Source of the DNA: a virus
Taxonomy: Duplodnaviria > Caudoviricetes
Strand: one strand, 5' to 3'
Length of the DNA: 64,000 nt
Virus record (IMG/VR): IMGVR_UViG_2630968832_000009
Span: 3,088-67,087 of that record
Shown here: piece by piece, positions 29,062-39,838 of the stretch
Numbering within the stretch: the first letter of the stretch is position 1
Layout: each line of letters opens with the position of its first letter
Made by a program: the position numbers and the translations under genes
Notes under the pieces: generated by a model
What the model was told of the DNA's origin: nothing
The model's input: only the letters and a program-made list of their open reading frames with translations
Database searches by the model: none

Positions 29062-30916
29062 ACGACTATCTCAGGAGGAAATTGCGAATCAAAAAGCTGA
29101 ACGCATCATGAATGGCGTGGCGACTTGGTGTTCTTATTATAGGGCCAACCCACATCGTTTCTGTAAAGACTATTTAGGATTGAACCTAAAGTTGTTTCAG
29201 AAAATTTTGATTTTCATGATGAACATTTCAGATGCGTTTATGTTCATCGCTGCTCGTGGCCTTGGCAAAACATATCTTACAGCGATTTATTGTTGTGTGC
29301 GTGCCATTCTATATCCTGGCACAATTATTTGTATTGCTTCCGGTGCTCGCTCACAGGCAGTTGGAGTGCTTGAGAAAATAACGAACTTGTTAATGCCCGA
29401 TTCTGGCAACCTAAGATTCGAGATTGAGACCTCGGTTATCAACCAACAGATGGCATTTATCAAATTCAAAAATTCGTCGATGATAAAAGTTGTAACTGCA
29501 GCAGATAGCGCGCGCGGCAACCGCGCACATATTATTATCGTTGATGAATTTCGGCTTGTATCTCGCGAAGTGATCGATAAGGTTTTGAAAAAATTTCTTA
29601 CCGCACGCCGGCATCCAAAATTTCTTGACAAGCCCGAATACAAAAATCTTCCCAAGGAAGAAAACAAACAGATTTATATGAGTTCCGCGTGGTATAAAAG
29701 CCATTGGTCTTATGACAAGCTTCGAGCATTTTCCGCAAACATGCTTGATGATACAAAGCAGTACTTTGCGTGCGGTTTTCCCTATCAACTTTCTGTTAAG
29801 GAAGATCTTCTTAGCCTTCGGTCTGTAGAGGACGATATGTCCGAGTCTGACTTCAATGAGCTTAGTTTTGAAATGGAAATGGGCGCTATATGGCTTGGAG
29901 ATAGCGAAGGCTCCCTGTTCTCGTTCGATGATATTAACCAGAACCGTGAACTTACATATCCATTTTATCCCAAACGTGTAGCAAGCCTTTTGTCAGATAA
30001 AAAACTACAACTTCCTGCGAAGAAAAAGGGAGAAATCAGAATTATAACTGCGGACATAGCCTTGATGAAAAGCACAAAACACGATAACGATGCGACTGCT
30101 ATTTTCGTTACGCAAGCATTGCCAACCAGTGGCAACAAGTATTTAGTAAACGTTGTATATACGGAAAATCTTGAAGGCGGTATCACAAGCGAACAGGCTC
30201 TTATGGTACGCAGGTACTATGAGGAGTTCCAATGTGATTATATTGGCATCGATACGTCAGGTGTTGGTCTTGGTGTGTATGACACGCTAATTTCAGATAT
30301 TTATGATCCGTTGACAGGTGTTACATATTCCCCACTTTCCTGCTGCAATAGTGCCGAAATGGCTGATAGATGTCCAGATCCAGCTGCGCCGAAAGTAATA
30401 TGGAGTATTAAGGGCAATGCACAATTCAACTCAGACTGTGCAATTACTTTGCGCGAAGGTCTGCGCCAAGAACGAATCAAACTCCTTATCCAAGAGCAAA
30501 ATTGCGACGAAGTGTTGCATACAGTTCGCGGATATGATTCGCTTGATTTTATAGACAAACTTCAATTCAAGCTGCCTTATATTAACACATCTTTGTTAGT
30601 AAATGAGCTTGTGAATCTACAGTATGAGACCAAAAACAATGTCGTACGTGTATTTGAGAAAACAGGTTTCCGAAAAGATAGATATTCGAGTCTCAGCTAC
30701 AATTACTGGATAATTAAGCAACTTGAACTAAAACTGAACAGGCCTAAGCATGAGCTGGATTTCAAATCCGGATATTTTGTTTTAGGCGACCAAAATAAAA
30801 TAGGGGGTGATGTTGTATGGCCGAGAGTAATGCGGCATCGCCCAAGAGACGTGGCAGGTCTCCTGCTAGAAAGAATACTGCTGCTGAGGTCAGCAAAAGT
30901 TTCTCAGTGGATATGA
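29051..30916 (+). CDS. terL: Terminase large subunit
   Basis: ARGLGKT (Walker A), ARGNRAHIIIVDE (Walker B), ADIA and KDRYSS nuclease motifs; true end probably ~30798. Confidence 0.92.
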   Translation: MASKRLSQEEIANQKAERIMNGVATWCSYYRANPHRFCKDYLGLNLKLFQKILIFMMNISDAFMFIAARGLGKTYLTAIYCCVRAILYPGTIICIASGARSQAVGVLEKITNLLMPDSGNLRFEIETSVINQQMAFIKFKNSSMIKVVTAADSARGNRAHIIIVDEFRLVSREVIDKVLKKFLTARRHPKFLDKPEYKNLPKEENKQIYMSSAWYKSHWSYDKLRAFSANMLDDTKQYFACGFPYQLSVKEDLLSLRSVEDDMSESDFNELSFEMEMGAIWLGDSEGSLFSFDDINQNRELTYPFYPKRVASLLSDKKLQLPAKKKGEIRIITADIALMKSTKHDNDATAIFVTQALPTSGNKYLVNVVYTENLEGGITSEQALMVRRYYEEFQCDYIGIDTSGVGLGVYDTLISDIYDPLTGVTYSPLSCCNSAEMADRCPDPAAPKVIWSIKGNAQFNSDCAITLREGLRQERIKLLIQEQNCDEVLHTVRGYDSLDFIDKLQFKLPYINTSLLVNELVNLQYETKNNVVRVFEKTGFRKDRYSSLSYNYWIIKQLELKLNRPKHELDFKSGYFVLGDQNKIGGDVVWPRVMRHRPRDVAGLLLERILLLRSAKVSQWI

Positions 30917-32352
30917 ATAAGCTATGGCGAACTAACTTCAGAGCCCTTGAAAAACTTATATGGCGCGATTTAAACAACAACCCGAAGTCGCAGACATTTT
31001 ATAAATATACAAAAGATAATATTGTCGAGTATCTAAAAGATCCGCAAAAGAATGAAAAACAACTCCGGAACGCTGTAATCTACATGTACGGCGCAAGCTC
31101 GCATTTTCGAAGACTCATTCAATATTTTGTTGGCCTTTCTGATCTGTCGTATTTCATTTTACCTTGTGGAATTGACGCATCGTCTGCCAAAGGAGATTTG
31201 CGAAAAAAATTTCTGAAGGCAAGCGATTATGTTTCCAAGTTTGATATTAAACGGCAGTGTAAAGATATTTTGACAGTATGTTTGCGCGAGGATGTTTACT
31301 ACTGTACTGCACGAGAAATCGGAAACAAAATCACATTTCAGCAGCTGCCATCCGATTACTGCAAAATCTCATCGATGTCAGATAATGTTTGTAACGTCAC
31401 TTTTGATTTCTCATATTTTGATGCCGACCAAGCACTTATTGACTATTATTCGCCTGAATTCTCCACAAAATATGCAGCATATCAAAAAGACCGGACGCAA
31501 CGGTACCAAGATTTAGAGCCTCCATTTTCCTTTGCGATTAAATGCAATACAGAGATCTTGAATTATGCGATGCCGCCATTTGCAGGTGTGTTACGCAATT
31601 TATACGATATTTCAGATTATGAAGATCTAAAGTTGACAAAAACCGAACTTGAAAACTATGCTCTGCTTGTTATGAAGTTGGGAATCGACAAGGACGGCAA
31701 CTGGTTGATGGATTATCAAAAAGCAGTTGAATTTTGGCAGAATCTTGATCAGGTAATGCCAGAAGAAATCGGCTCTGTTTTAAGTCCAATGGACATCGAA
31801 AAAATCAGTTTTGATAGAGCCGGAGGTACAAACGACACCGATAAAGTAAGTGATTCTGAAAACCATCTATGGTCAGCGGCAGGCGTTTCAAGCCTATTGT
31901 TCAATAACACCAAAGCATCAAGTGCTGCTTTGCTGCTCTCAATTAAGTCTGACCAAGCCATTACATTTTCAATTGTACAGAGCATTGAACTTGCATTGAA
32001 TCGGATTTTTCAAAATCAGGCCGTTGGAAAATCGTTTAGAATTTCTTTTCTCGATATTAGCCCGTACAATCGCCAAGAAATGGCAAAGCAATATCTTGAT
32101 GCAGCCAGATACGGATTTCCAACAATATCAATGTACTGTGCGTCAATTGGAATGCTGCCATGCGAAGTTGAAAGTCTTGCTTTCTTGGAGTCGGATGCTC
32201 TTAGTCTTCATGATAAATTGATTCCGCTACAAAGTTCGAATACTATGTCATCCTCTTCTTCAGGACGTCCAACCAACCAGTCTAAGGGTGAAGGATTGGA
32301 TGATTCTGGTGAGCAAACTGCAGATAGCGATCAAAACGCTAGTCGCATTTAA
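30817..32352 (+). CDS. Portal protein
   Basis: 511 aa after terminase; C-terminal PLQSSNT...GRP typical of SPbeta-like portals. Confidence 0.8.
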   Translation: MAESNAASPKRRGRSPARKNTAAEVSKSFSVDMNKLWRTNFRALEKLIWRDLNNNPKSQTFYKYTKDNIVEYLKDPQKNEKQLRNAVIYMYGASSHFRRLIQYFVGLSDLSYFILPCGIDASSAKGDLRKKFLKASDYVSKFDIKRQCKDILTVCLREDVYYCTAREIGNKITFQQLPSDYCKISSMSDNVCNVTFDFSYFDADQALIDYYSPEFSTKYAAYQKDRTQRYQDLEPPFSFAIKCNTEILNYAMPPFAGVLRNLYDISDYEDLKLTKTELENYALLVMKLGIDKDGNWLMDYQKAVEFWQNLDQVMPEEIGSVLSPMDIEKISFDRAGGTNDTDKVSDSENHLWSAAGVSSLLFNNTKASSAALLLSIKSDQAITFSIVQSIELALNRIFQNQAVGKSFRISFLDISPYNRQEMAKQYLDAARYGFPTISMYCASIGMLPCEVESLAFLESDALSLHDKLIPLQSSNTMSSSSSGRPTNQSKGEGLDDSGEQTADSDQNASRI

Positions 32353-32368
32353 GGGGGGGGGGACTGTA

Positions 32369-33952
32369 GTGGAAAGAAATTTTAGTATCCCCGTAACGTT
32401 CGCTATTATGGATGAAGTACAAGGTAAGGATACCAGATTCTTGAAAATCGTTATTGATGTACTTCACACTGGAAAAAACTTCAACGGGTCTATATTTGAT
32501 GAAGATGTTGTGAACGATGCAATCCCGTCAATTAAAAACACACCAATTTTGGGATATATCTTAGTTGACGATGATGGCGACACCGACGATTTCGCCGCGC
32601 ACGAATATAAAATCGTCAAGCAATCTGAGGGTTACAAGTATATGTATGATGGCTCCGCCTATGGAGTGATTCCTGAATCGTGTAACCCCAGATGGATCAA
32701 TAAAGTTTGCGACGATGGAAAGCTTCGTAAATTTTTACAGGTTGACGCATTGCTTTGGACCAAATTTGAGCGCGCTGTTGAAATTTTCCAGCGTGACATT
32801 GTTAAAGGACAAAGCATGGAGCTTTCCAATGATTTTGAAGGAATCGAAAATCCCGACGGTTCATTCACATTTACAAAATTCAAGTTTGATGGATGCTGTA
32901 TCTTGTCAACGTCAGATCCAAAAATTCAGCCTGCAATGATCAACAGCACGGCAATCGCCTGTTTCTCTGCGGATACTATTGCTTCTGAAATAAAAGAAAA
33001 GCTTGACGAATACGCTTCTATTATAAATGGTCGTAATGAAAACGGCCTGTTAAAATCCAAAGAAGAAGGAGGTATTTTTGATTTGAACAAAGAACAATTG
33101 GATATTCTGAGCAAATATAGCATCAAACCTGAAGCTTTGGATTTTAGTGTTGATGACACAATGGGCTTGGAAGAGTTTGAGGAAAAGGTTGCCGCGTTCG
33201 CTTCTGCCAATGAATCGAATGACGATGGCAATAGCGTTCTCTGTGAAGACGCTACCACCGATTTTGCGTTGAATGGCGCGTTTGAGACAGAGCTTAAAGA
33301 AGCTCTATATGAAGAAATGATGGAAGATGAAGATTGGGGTAAATATCCTAAATATTCTTTCTATGATTTCGATCCTGAATTGTCTGAAGTTTACGCATAT
33401 GATTACGCAGATTGGAAGATTTATGGCTTTACGTATTCCGTAAACGGTGACAAAGTAACTGTCGATTTCGCAAGTAAAAAGCGTAAAAAGCTTGTAATTG
33501 CCGACTTTGACGAAGGAGATAAGGACTTGTCAATTGAGTCGTTGTTTACTGCAATTAAGAACAAGGCTGTAGAGAACGCTAACGCTACATTCATGGCCGA
33601 AAAAGAGCAGTTTGCATCTCAAATTAACGAACTCAATGGCAAATACTCCAAACTTGAAGGCGACTATAATACGCTTGTTTCTGAAAACAATGCTAAAATT
33701 GCTGCTGAGGAAACCGCCGCTAAAGATTCTATCTTTGAAATGTTCGAGAAGGAGCTTAGCAACGATGCAGAGTTCACGGCATTGAAAGAAAACGCAAATG
33801 AATTTTCCGCTACTGAGATTGAGAATAAATGCTTTATGCTGGTTGGGAAAAAGAAAGCTAATTTCTCCCGCAAAACGGAAAAATTTTCGAAAGTTATTAT
33901 TCCCGAAAGCGTTCCCGTCATCCCCAACCCATATGGGGATCTTTTTGATTAA
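32369..33952 (+). CDS. Prohead protease/scaffold protein
   Basis: HTGKNFNGS, PILG, QSMEL N-domain plus acidic coiled coil. Confidence 0.75.
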   Translation: MERNFSIPVTFAIMDEVQGKDTRFLKIVIDVLHTGKNFNGSIFDEDVVNDAIPSIKNTPILGYILVDDDGDTDDFAAHEYKIVKQSEGYKYMYDGSAYGVIPESCNPRWINKVCDDGKLRKFLQVDALLWTKFERAVEIFQRDIVKGQSMELSNDFEGIENPDGSFTFTKFKFDGCCILSTSDPKIQPAMINSTAIACFSADTIASEIKEKLDEYASIINGRNENGLLKSKEEGGIFDLNKEQLDILSKYSIKPEALDFSVDDTMGLEEFEEKVAAFASANESNDDGNSVLCEDATTDFALNGAFETELKEALYEEMMEDEDWGKYPKYSFYDFDPELSEVYAYDYADWKIYGFTYSVNGDKVTVDFASKKRKKLVIADFDEGDKDLSIESLFTAIKNKAVENANATFMAEKEQFASQINELNGKYSKLEGDYNTLVSENNAKIAAEETAAKDSIFEMFEKELSNDAEFTALKENANEFSATEIENKCFMLVGKKKANFSRKTEKFSKVIIPESVPVIPNPYGDLFD

Positions 33953-33978
33953 TTAAGATTTGAGAGGAAGTAAATATT

Positions 33979-34497
33979 ATGGCGAAACATTGTGTGGTAC
34001 GTTTGGACAATATGTCTGGTACAACTGATGGCACTCTGCTCCGCAGTGTGCGTTTTAACAACGGCTCTGCCGATGCCGATATTGATAACGGTATGATTGT
34101 TAAGCTCGATTCGTTGCTTCCCAACGAACGTGAACTTTGGAAGGCGCTGACTCCTGAAGCCGCTACCCCCATTGAGGAGGTTGCTCTTGTGGCCACCCCC
34201 GAAGTAATGGCAGATGAGCGTCTGCGCAATTTGACTGATTTTTATAACACTGCCGGTTCCAATGCCCGTGCATACAAGTTGCATGCCGGCGACATTTTTT
34301 CTGTTACGACTGATGCCATCGATGGCACTGCCACTGTTGGGCACTTTGTCGAGCTGCAGGCCAATACGAAACTGAAGGATGTTGAGAGTGCAACGGGTGG
34401 CTCCACGATTGTCGGTAAGGTAATTCAGCTGGAAACTGTCGGTTCGCTTAATTACGCCGTCATTGAAGTGCGTCCCGGCAAAGGTGCCGCAGGCTAA
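33979..34497 (+). CDS. Head decoration/minor capsid protein
   Basis: DIDNG motif; lies between scaffold and capsid genes. Confidence 0.65.
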   Translation: MAKHCVVRLDNMSGTTDGTLLRSVRFNNGSADADIDNGMIVKLDSLLPNERELWKALTPEAATPIEEVALVATPEVMADERLRNLTDFYNTAGSNARAYKLHAGDIFSVTTDAIDGTATVGHFVELQANTKLKDVESATGGSTIVGKVIQLETVGSLNYAVIEVRPGKGAAG

Positions 34498-34583
34498 TAG
34501 CACTTTAAAGTCTGTTTAAACGAATAGTAATTACCAATCCCGCCAAATTACGGCGGGATTTTTGCGAAGGAGATGTAACAACA

Positions 34584-35591
34584 ATGGCAGATATGAAAGC
34601 TATTGCTACACTTGCCTATGATTTGTATTACGGCAAGGTCGCCAAGGATTTTACGAATGGCAAGGATCCGGAGAAGCAGCTGCGCGAAGCGCTGATTGAG
34701 GCCAACGGTGGCAGCAGCAAAATCACCGCTCGATCTTTGCGAGATCACGGCCGAGAACTTTTCGCCATGATTGAGGTGGCTGTCGAGCCCATTCTTCGAG
34801 AGGGATTCGAAGGCGACGAATTTTTCAACGATTTTGTTGAGTATGTAAACACCGCTGAGGGCGATCAGAATCTGTTCACGGCAGAAGACAATACTACTTT
34901 TATCGTTTCTGACATGTCTAAGGGGATTCAGACTCCGCGCCGTCAGCGCATTGGCGAGAAGACGGAAGTGACCGTTCCGACATCCGTGAAAGGCATTCGC
35001 ATTTATGAGGAAGCCACTCGTCTGCTGGCTGGTCGCAGTGACTGGAATACCTTTGTCCAGAAACTGATGAAGGCGGTGAAAGACAACCGCTATGAAATGA
35101 TTTATACCGCGTTCAGTGGCCTGAGCGCTTCTACACCTGGCCTTGACACTACCTATGTGGTGTCCGGTACTTATGAGGAAGAGAAGCTTCTTGAGCTGGT
35201 GGCACACGTTGAGGCAGCCACGGGTATGACCGCACGTATTATTGGCACCAAACCTGCCTTGCGTAAGGTAACGAGTGCTGTAATGTCTGATGCGGCAAAA
35301 GACAGCTATTATAACGTTGGCCACTTCGGTCGTGTGGCCGGCGTTGATATGGTCGCTGTCGTAAATCACCATAAGGTTGGCTCTACTGAGTTTATCATTC
35401 CCGATAATAAGCTCTATGTTGTGGCAGCAAACGATAAGTTCATTAAGTTTGTTACAACTGGCGAGAGCTACATCGGAACCAAGGATATGACCGAGAACGC
35501 AGACATGTCTCAGGAATACGTATATCTTGAGGATACGGGTTGTGCAGTCATGATGGGTGCAAAGATGGGTATTTACACCATTTCTGGCTGA
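34584..35591 (+). CDS. Major capsid protein
   Basis: 335 aa, strong codon bias, position, followed by terminator. Confidence 0.82.
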   Translation: MADMKAIATLAYDLYYGKVAKDFTNGKDPEKQLREALIEANGGSSKITARSLRDHGRELFAMIEVAVEPILREGFEGDEFFNDFVEYVNTAEGDQNLFTAEDNTTFIVSDMSKGIQTPRRQRIGEKTEVTVPTSVKGIRIYEEATRLLAGRSDWNTFVQKLMKAVKDNRYEMIYTAFSGLSASTPGLDTTYVVSGTYEEEKLLELVAHVEAATGMTARIIGTKPALRKVTSAVMSDAAKDSYYNVGHFGRVAGVDMVAVVNHHKVGSTEFIIPDNKLYVVAANDKFIKFVTTGESYIGTKDMTENADMSQEYVYLEDTGCAVMMGAKMGIYTISG

Positions 35592-35652
35592 TAAGACGTG
35601 TATGGGGACGGCGCTGTGCTGTCCCCTATTTTTTTACAAAGGAGAGTTAATA

Positions 35653-36213
35653 TTGCCACCGAGAACTAAGACTGAAAACAAACAGAAAAATCCAGAAGTC
35701 GATGTTATTAAAGCCACTGCATCCACTCCAACAAAAATCACGGCTGTTAAGCCTAAGATTAAAAAAATGTCTCCAGATGAGCTTGTTGAGGTAAAAAGTA
35801 ATTTTTACGGCACGCTCTTTTATAAATCGAAGGTCACTGGCTTTGAATGTGAGTGGAGTAATTGTGGGGATGTAAATCTTCTCACTATTGCTGAACTCCA
35901 GAATATGCGTAATGGGCAGCGTGATTTCTTCTCTGAGAACTGGGTAATGCTTGTTGGCGACAACGCAGAACAGGCTCTCGATTGGCTCCAAATCCGCAAA
36001 TATTATAGCGATATCGTTGAGCTCGATGATCTGGATGAGGTGTTTACGTGGTCGCCTGAAAAGATTGAGACTGTCGTAACTAAAATTGCACGCGGGGCAA
36101 AAGACAGCATTGCAATGCGCGCTTATGATCTTATTGAATCTGGAAGTCTTGATAGCATCAAAACGATCAAGGCAATTGAGGCTGCTACCGGCTATGTTTT
36201 GATGGAGAAATAA
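35653..36213 (+). CDS. Virion morphogenesis protein
   Basis: Follows capsid gene; LDSIKTIKAIE motif. Confidence 0.65.
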   Translation: MPPRTKTENKQKNPEVDVIKATASTPTKITAVKPKIKKMSPDELVEVKSNFYGTLFYKSKVTGFECEWSNCGDVNLLTIAELQNMRNGQRDFFSENWVMLVGDNAEQALDWLQIRKYYSDIVELDDLDEVFTWSPEKIETVVTKIARGAKDSIAMRAYDLIESGSLDSIKTIKAIEAATGYVLMEK

Positions 36214-36224
36214 GGAGGGCTCGT

Positions 36225-36659
36225 ATGACTCCTTATAAAGCTTTTATTGATACATTCCTAGACAAGATATCGGATTACAAGCTTCTAAACTACGAAGATT
36301 ATTTAGTTGATGAACTTGCCGTTGGGTATATGAAACGTGTATGCACGAAATTTGACAAAATATGCCAAGCTGATTTGAGCCAACAAGATGATAACGAATA
36401 CGCCTTTTTGTCCGACGAAATAGATGATGAAATCATAGATATTGTGACTGACGGGATGGTTGTTGAATGGCTGCGCCAATACGTAAATAATTCTGACAAC
36501 CTTGAAAACATTCTGAATACAAAAGACTTTACGATGTACAGTTCTAAAAATCTTTTGGCCGAGATTAAATCACTATATCAAGATGAGCAGAAAGCATTTA
36601 CGAATTCGATGCGAGAATATTCTTACAATCACGGGGATCTTTCAAACTTACATCTGTAG
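36225..36659 (+). CDS. Head-tail adaptor
   Basis: MTPY...FLDKI.DY...KDFTMYS..NLL; synteny. Confidence 0.65.
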   Translation: MTPYKAFIDTFLDKISDYKLLNYEDYLVDELAVGYMKRVCTKFDKICQADLSQQDDNEYAFLSDEIDDEIIDIVTDGMVVEWLRQYVNNSDNLENILNTKDFTMYSSKNLLAEIKSLYQDEQKAFTNSMREYSYNHGDLSNLHL

Positions 36660-36668
36660 TGAGGTGAC

Positions 36669-37661
36669 GTGAGCAAAATGATTGATTACCGTATGCGGCT
36701 TGAAGCTATGGGTAAAACGAAGCGCGATAGGATTATTCATAACGCCAAACGAATGACACAAAAATTCGCAATTCACAATCCTGCCTATAAAAGTGTGACG
36801 ATTGATGGTACTGACGATAATTTGATAATCATATCGACTCAAACTGTGTCTACGAAAACAATTGAAGCTCTTCCCTCTCGTGATTTTAAAATAGGCTCAA
36901 TTGTATTTTGGAATGGTTCACACTGGCTTATCACCAAACGTGATGCAGAAAGTGACATCACTGTGCGTGGCGAGATTGAACAGTGCAATCGGCAGATCCG
37001 TTGGCAAAATCCAAGCACTAAAGAAATCCATGAGCGATGGTGTGTAGTTGATAAGCCATATTTTAGCAATCTTGAATCGAATGCAACAAGTACAGAATCA
37101 AAGCGCGAGTTTAAAATACAGCTTCCATATGATAATGAGAGTGCGTTGCTCGATGTCGATAAACGTTTTATGCTTGAAATTATAGGAAAGACGCCCCGTA
37201 CATATCGATTAACGTCCGTTGACAGTATGACGGAGCGATACGACTACAATGGAGAAGCTAGTGGTTTTCTTGTAATTAATGTAGAACAAGACGCTTATAA
37301 TCCCCAAACCGACAACTCTGAACTTATGATTTGCGATTATGTCACTGATAATTCTACTTCGGCTCCGGCAGAGAGGGAAATTTTTTATACGGGAACAAAA
37401 GAGATCAAGGCCGGCGGACCACACAAAAAATTTGTTGCTACATTGAATGAAGTTAAAGATCCAACCGTAACATGGTCGATTGATATGGATGACAATCTGA
37501 AACAGTACAAAGAGTTGATTTCAGTTAACACGTCCGGCGGTGAACTGCTTATAAAAACTCCCAACAACACTTCATTGTACTATGGTGTCATTCGAATTAC
37601 GGCAACATTTACTGATGGATTCATCGCAAAACTTGATACCAGCATTGTTCCTTTAGTGTAG
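36669..37661 (+). CDS. Head closure/neck protein
   Basis: 330 aa, beta-rich; synteny. Confidence 0.55.
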   Translation: MSKMIDYRMRLEAMGKTKRDRIIHNAKRMTQKFAIHNPAYKSVTIDGTDDNLIIISTQTVSTKTIEALPSRDFKIGSIVFWNGSHWLITKRDAESDITVRGEIEQCNRQIRWQNPSTKEIHERWCVVDKPYFSNLESNATSTESKREFKIQLPYDNESALLDVDKRFMLEIIGKTPRTYRLTSVDSMTERYDYNGEASGFLVINVEQDAYNPQTDNSELMICDYVTDNSTSAPAEREIFYTGTKEIKAGGPHKKFVATLNEVKDPTVTWSIDMDDNLKQYKELISVNTSGGELLIKTPNNTSLYYGVIRITATFTDGFIAKLDTSIVPLV

Positions 37662-37669
37662 GTGATATT

Positions 37670-38173
37670 ATGGCATACGGCAAAGAAATAGTAACCTACA
37701 AAAATCAGATTGCCTCTACAATTTTAAATGACAATGAAATCGTGTCGATGATTACAGAAATAATTCCGCCAGAGAAACCCGTAGAGGATTTGCTATATAC
37801 ATATATTTTCCCGTTTGATTATATTCCTGATGCTATCCAAGAAGTCGGTTGTTATATCTGCTATGAAATAGAGGTCCCAAAGGTTTCAACAGTAAACTAT
37901 TTTTTCAAAGATGTTATTATAACGTTCAGAATTATATGCCATCAAGCTGCAATGAAAACTTCATACGGAGCAACCAGAATTGATTATTTAGCTCACTTGA
38001 TTGAGCTGCTGTTCAACGGTAATACGGAATATGGTTTTAACAATCTAGAACTTGTCTCAAGCGTACCTGGGCATATTTCTCAGATGCATCGGTGCAGGAC
38101 TGTCCGATTCGCCACGAAGGACAGTAACCGATTGCCCGATACTTGCAGCGAAGAGGATGAATTTGATGGTTGA
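37670..38173 (+). CDS. Tail terminator-like protein
   Basis: IFPFDYIP...RIDYLA; synteny. Confidence 0.6.
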   Translation: MAYGKEIVTYKNQIASTILNDNEIVSMITEIIPPEKPVEDLLYTYIFPFDYIPDAIQEVGCYICYEIEVPKVSTVNYFFKDVIITFRIICHQAAMKTSYGATRIDYLAHLIELLFNGNTEYGFNNLELVSSVPGHISQMHRCRTVRFATKDSNRLPDTCSEEDEFDG

Positions 38174-38978
38174 GATTGATAGGCTTTATTTGGAAAGCGG
38201 ATTGCCATATAAACTTAATTCGACAGTATCAGTACGCCACCCACTACTACGAGACATATTGGGATTAGGAAGAAACGGAGAGTCGATTTATTGGGAATAT
38301 GTCGGTAGAATCCTAGCTGATCCATATCAAAATATGGTTTGGTTAGATGATAATGGCATCGACTACGAAGATGTGGACTGCTTCGATGTGTTTTGCTTGC
38401 AATGGAAATATTTAAGCAATATATACTCTCAAAACAAAACAGCATTTGATCAAAGTGGGTTCAATCCGCTTATTCCAATTGCAGCTGCACTTGACTTTTT
38501 CTTGGGCGAGAATCATGCATATCGGCTAAGCTCATCAGGTAGCAATGACACATACATTGAAGATCCTTTTGTCAATAACTTTTCAATAAATAGAGAAGAA
38601 TATCTTGCTTTTTCGACATTTGTGCAAAAAATAAACGGCATTTCTTTCGAGGGCAGAATAAAACCAAGAGATAAAACGGCAAAACGCATTCTGATAGAAG
38701 ATATGCGCGATGAGATTAATCGCAAAAAAAACAAGCCGCAAACTGCAGGAACAGATGAGAGCTCTTCTTTTTTAGGAAATATGGTCGCATCCGTATTGCA
38801 CGGCGGGAACGGAGCAATAAACACATTCAACTTTACCGGCGCTCCAATCTTTTCAATTGTATCGGCATATAAAGTACTTCACAAAAAAGAAAATATTGAT
38901 CATATATTAACTGGAGTTTATTCCGGCACTGTGAAAAGTGATGCATTAAAAAACACCAATATGGATTGGGCAACCTAA
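38166..38978 (+). CDS. Tail morphogenesis protein
   Basis: C-terminal GVYSGTV...WA; synteny. Confidence 0.55.
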   Translation: MVEIDRLYLESGLPYKLNSTVSVRHPLLRDILGLGRNGESIYWEYVGRILADPYQNMVWLDDNGIDYEDVDCFDVFCLQWKYLSNIYSQNKTAFDQSGFNPLIPIAAALDFFLGENHAYRLSSSGSNDTYIEDPFVNNFSINREEYLAFSTFVQKINGISFEGRIKPRDKTAKRILIEDMRDEINRKKNKPQTAGTDESSSFLGNMVASVLHGGNGAINTFNFTGAPIFSIVSAYKVLHKKENIDHILTGVYSGTVKSDALKNTNMDWAT

Positions 38979-39015
38979 TGCCCTCTCTTCTATTTAATAA
39001 GAAAGGAACACAGCT

Positions 39016-39819
39016 ATGAGATATGCATTTAAAAAGGCACGTGCGCTTCGAATCAACAATCTTGAGACCGATGAGCTTGAGGTTAGACTGGTTGACCTGA
39101 AAACAGTAACTTGGACGAACGGGCAGGAAACAGTATATGCCGAAGGTACCGATGGTGCTAAACTTGCGGCTTTTGATAATAACAAAATTTCTACGCTTAA
39201 GGCGACCAACGGTACTGTCGATACTGGCTACCTGGCGATGGCGGTAGGCGCTGACGAGGAAGTAATTCAGAACGGCTCTGAGATTTCTCTGTGTGAAATT
39301 TATAAAGTAACCAATGCTACAAAAATTACACTAAACCATAAAGCCACTGGTGCCGTGGGCGCAGAAATCAAATTTATTTATGCAGTTGATAAGCAGAAAA
39401 ACAAGATTGACACCTACGATCAGGCTGCTGAAGCGTCAGAAACAGCTTTTGCCTACGCCCCTGACACGAAAGAAATTACTCTCCCCACCGGAAAATTTAA
39501 GATTGGTGATCGTGTGATGGTCGAGTATCATCCCAAGTTCAGTGAGTACCGCAAAATTGTAAATGACTCCAATAAATTTTCAAAAAGCGGACGTATCGTT
39601 CTGGACGCATGGTTCCATGATATTTGCGAGGATGTAGACGTCCCGCTTCAGGTTGTTATGGAGCGTGGTAAAGTCTCTGGCAATTTTGAACTTGCATTTG
39701 GTGATCAGGCAGCTGTTATGAACGTTGAAATCGAAGGCATGACTGGCACATGCAGCGATGAGACTCAAGCACTTTGGACGCTCTATGACTATGATATGTC
39801 TAAAATTATTGATACCTAA
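39016..39819 (+). CDS. Major tail (tube) protein
   Basis: 267 aa, high codon bias, beta-rich, upstream of tape measure. Confidence 0.7.
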   Translation: MRYAFKKARALRINNLETDELEVRLVDLKTVTWTNGQETVYAEGTDGAKLAAFDNNKISTLKATNGTVDTGYLAMAVGADEEVIQNGSEISLCEIYKVTNATKITLNHKATGAVGAEIKFIYAVDKQKNKIDTYDQAAEASETAFAYAPDTKEITLPTGKFKIGDRVMVEYHPKFSEYRKIVNDSNKFSKSGRIVLDAWFHDICEDVDVPLQVVMERGKVSGNFELAFGDQAAVMNVEIEGMTGTCSDETQALWTLYDYDMSKIIDT

Positions 39820-39838
39820 TTGATTGGTCGTGATATCA

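Noticed and set aside
32353-32362. G10 tract as a phase-variation switch
   Set aside because: Intergenic and serving as the SD; length change would not shift a reading frame, and there is no evidence of variation.
33949-35372. Long antisense ORFs opposite capsid genes
   Set aside because: Shadow ORFs produced by strong codon bias on the coding strand.
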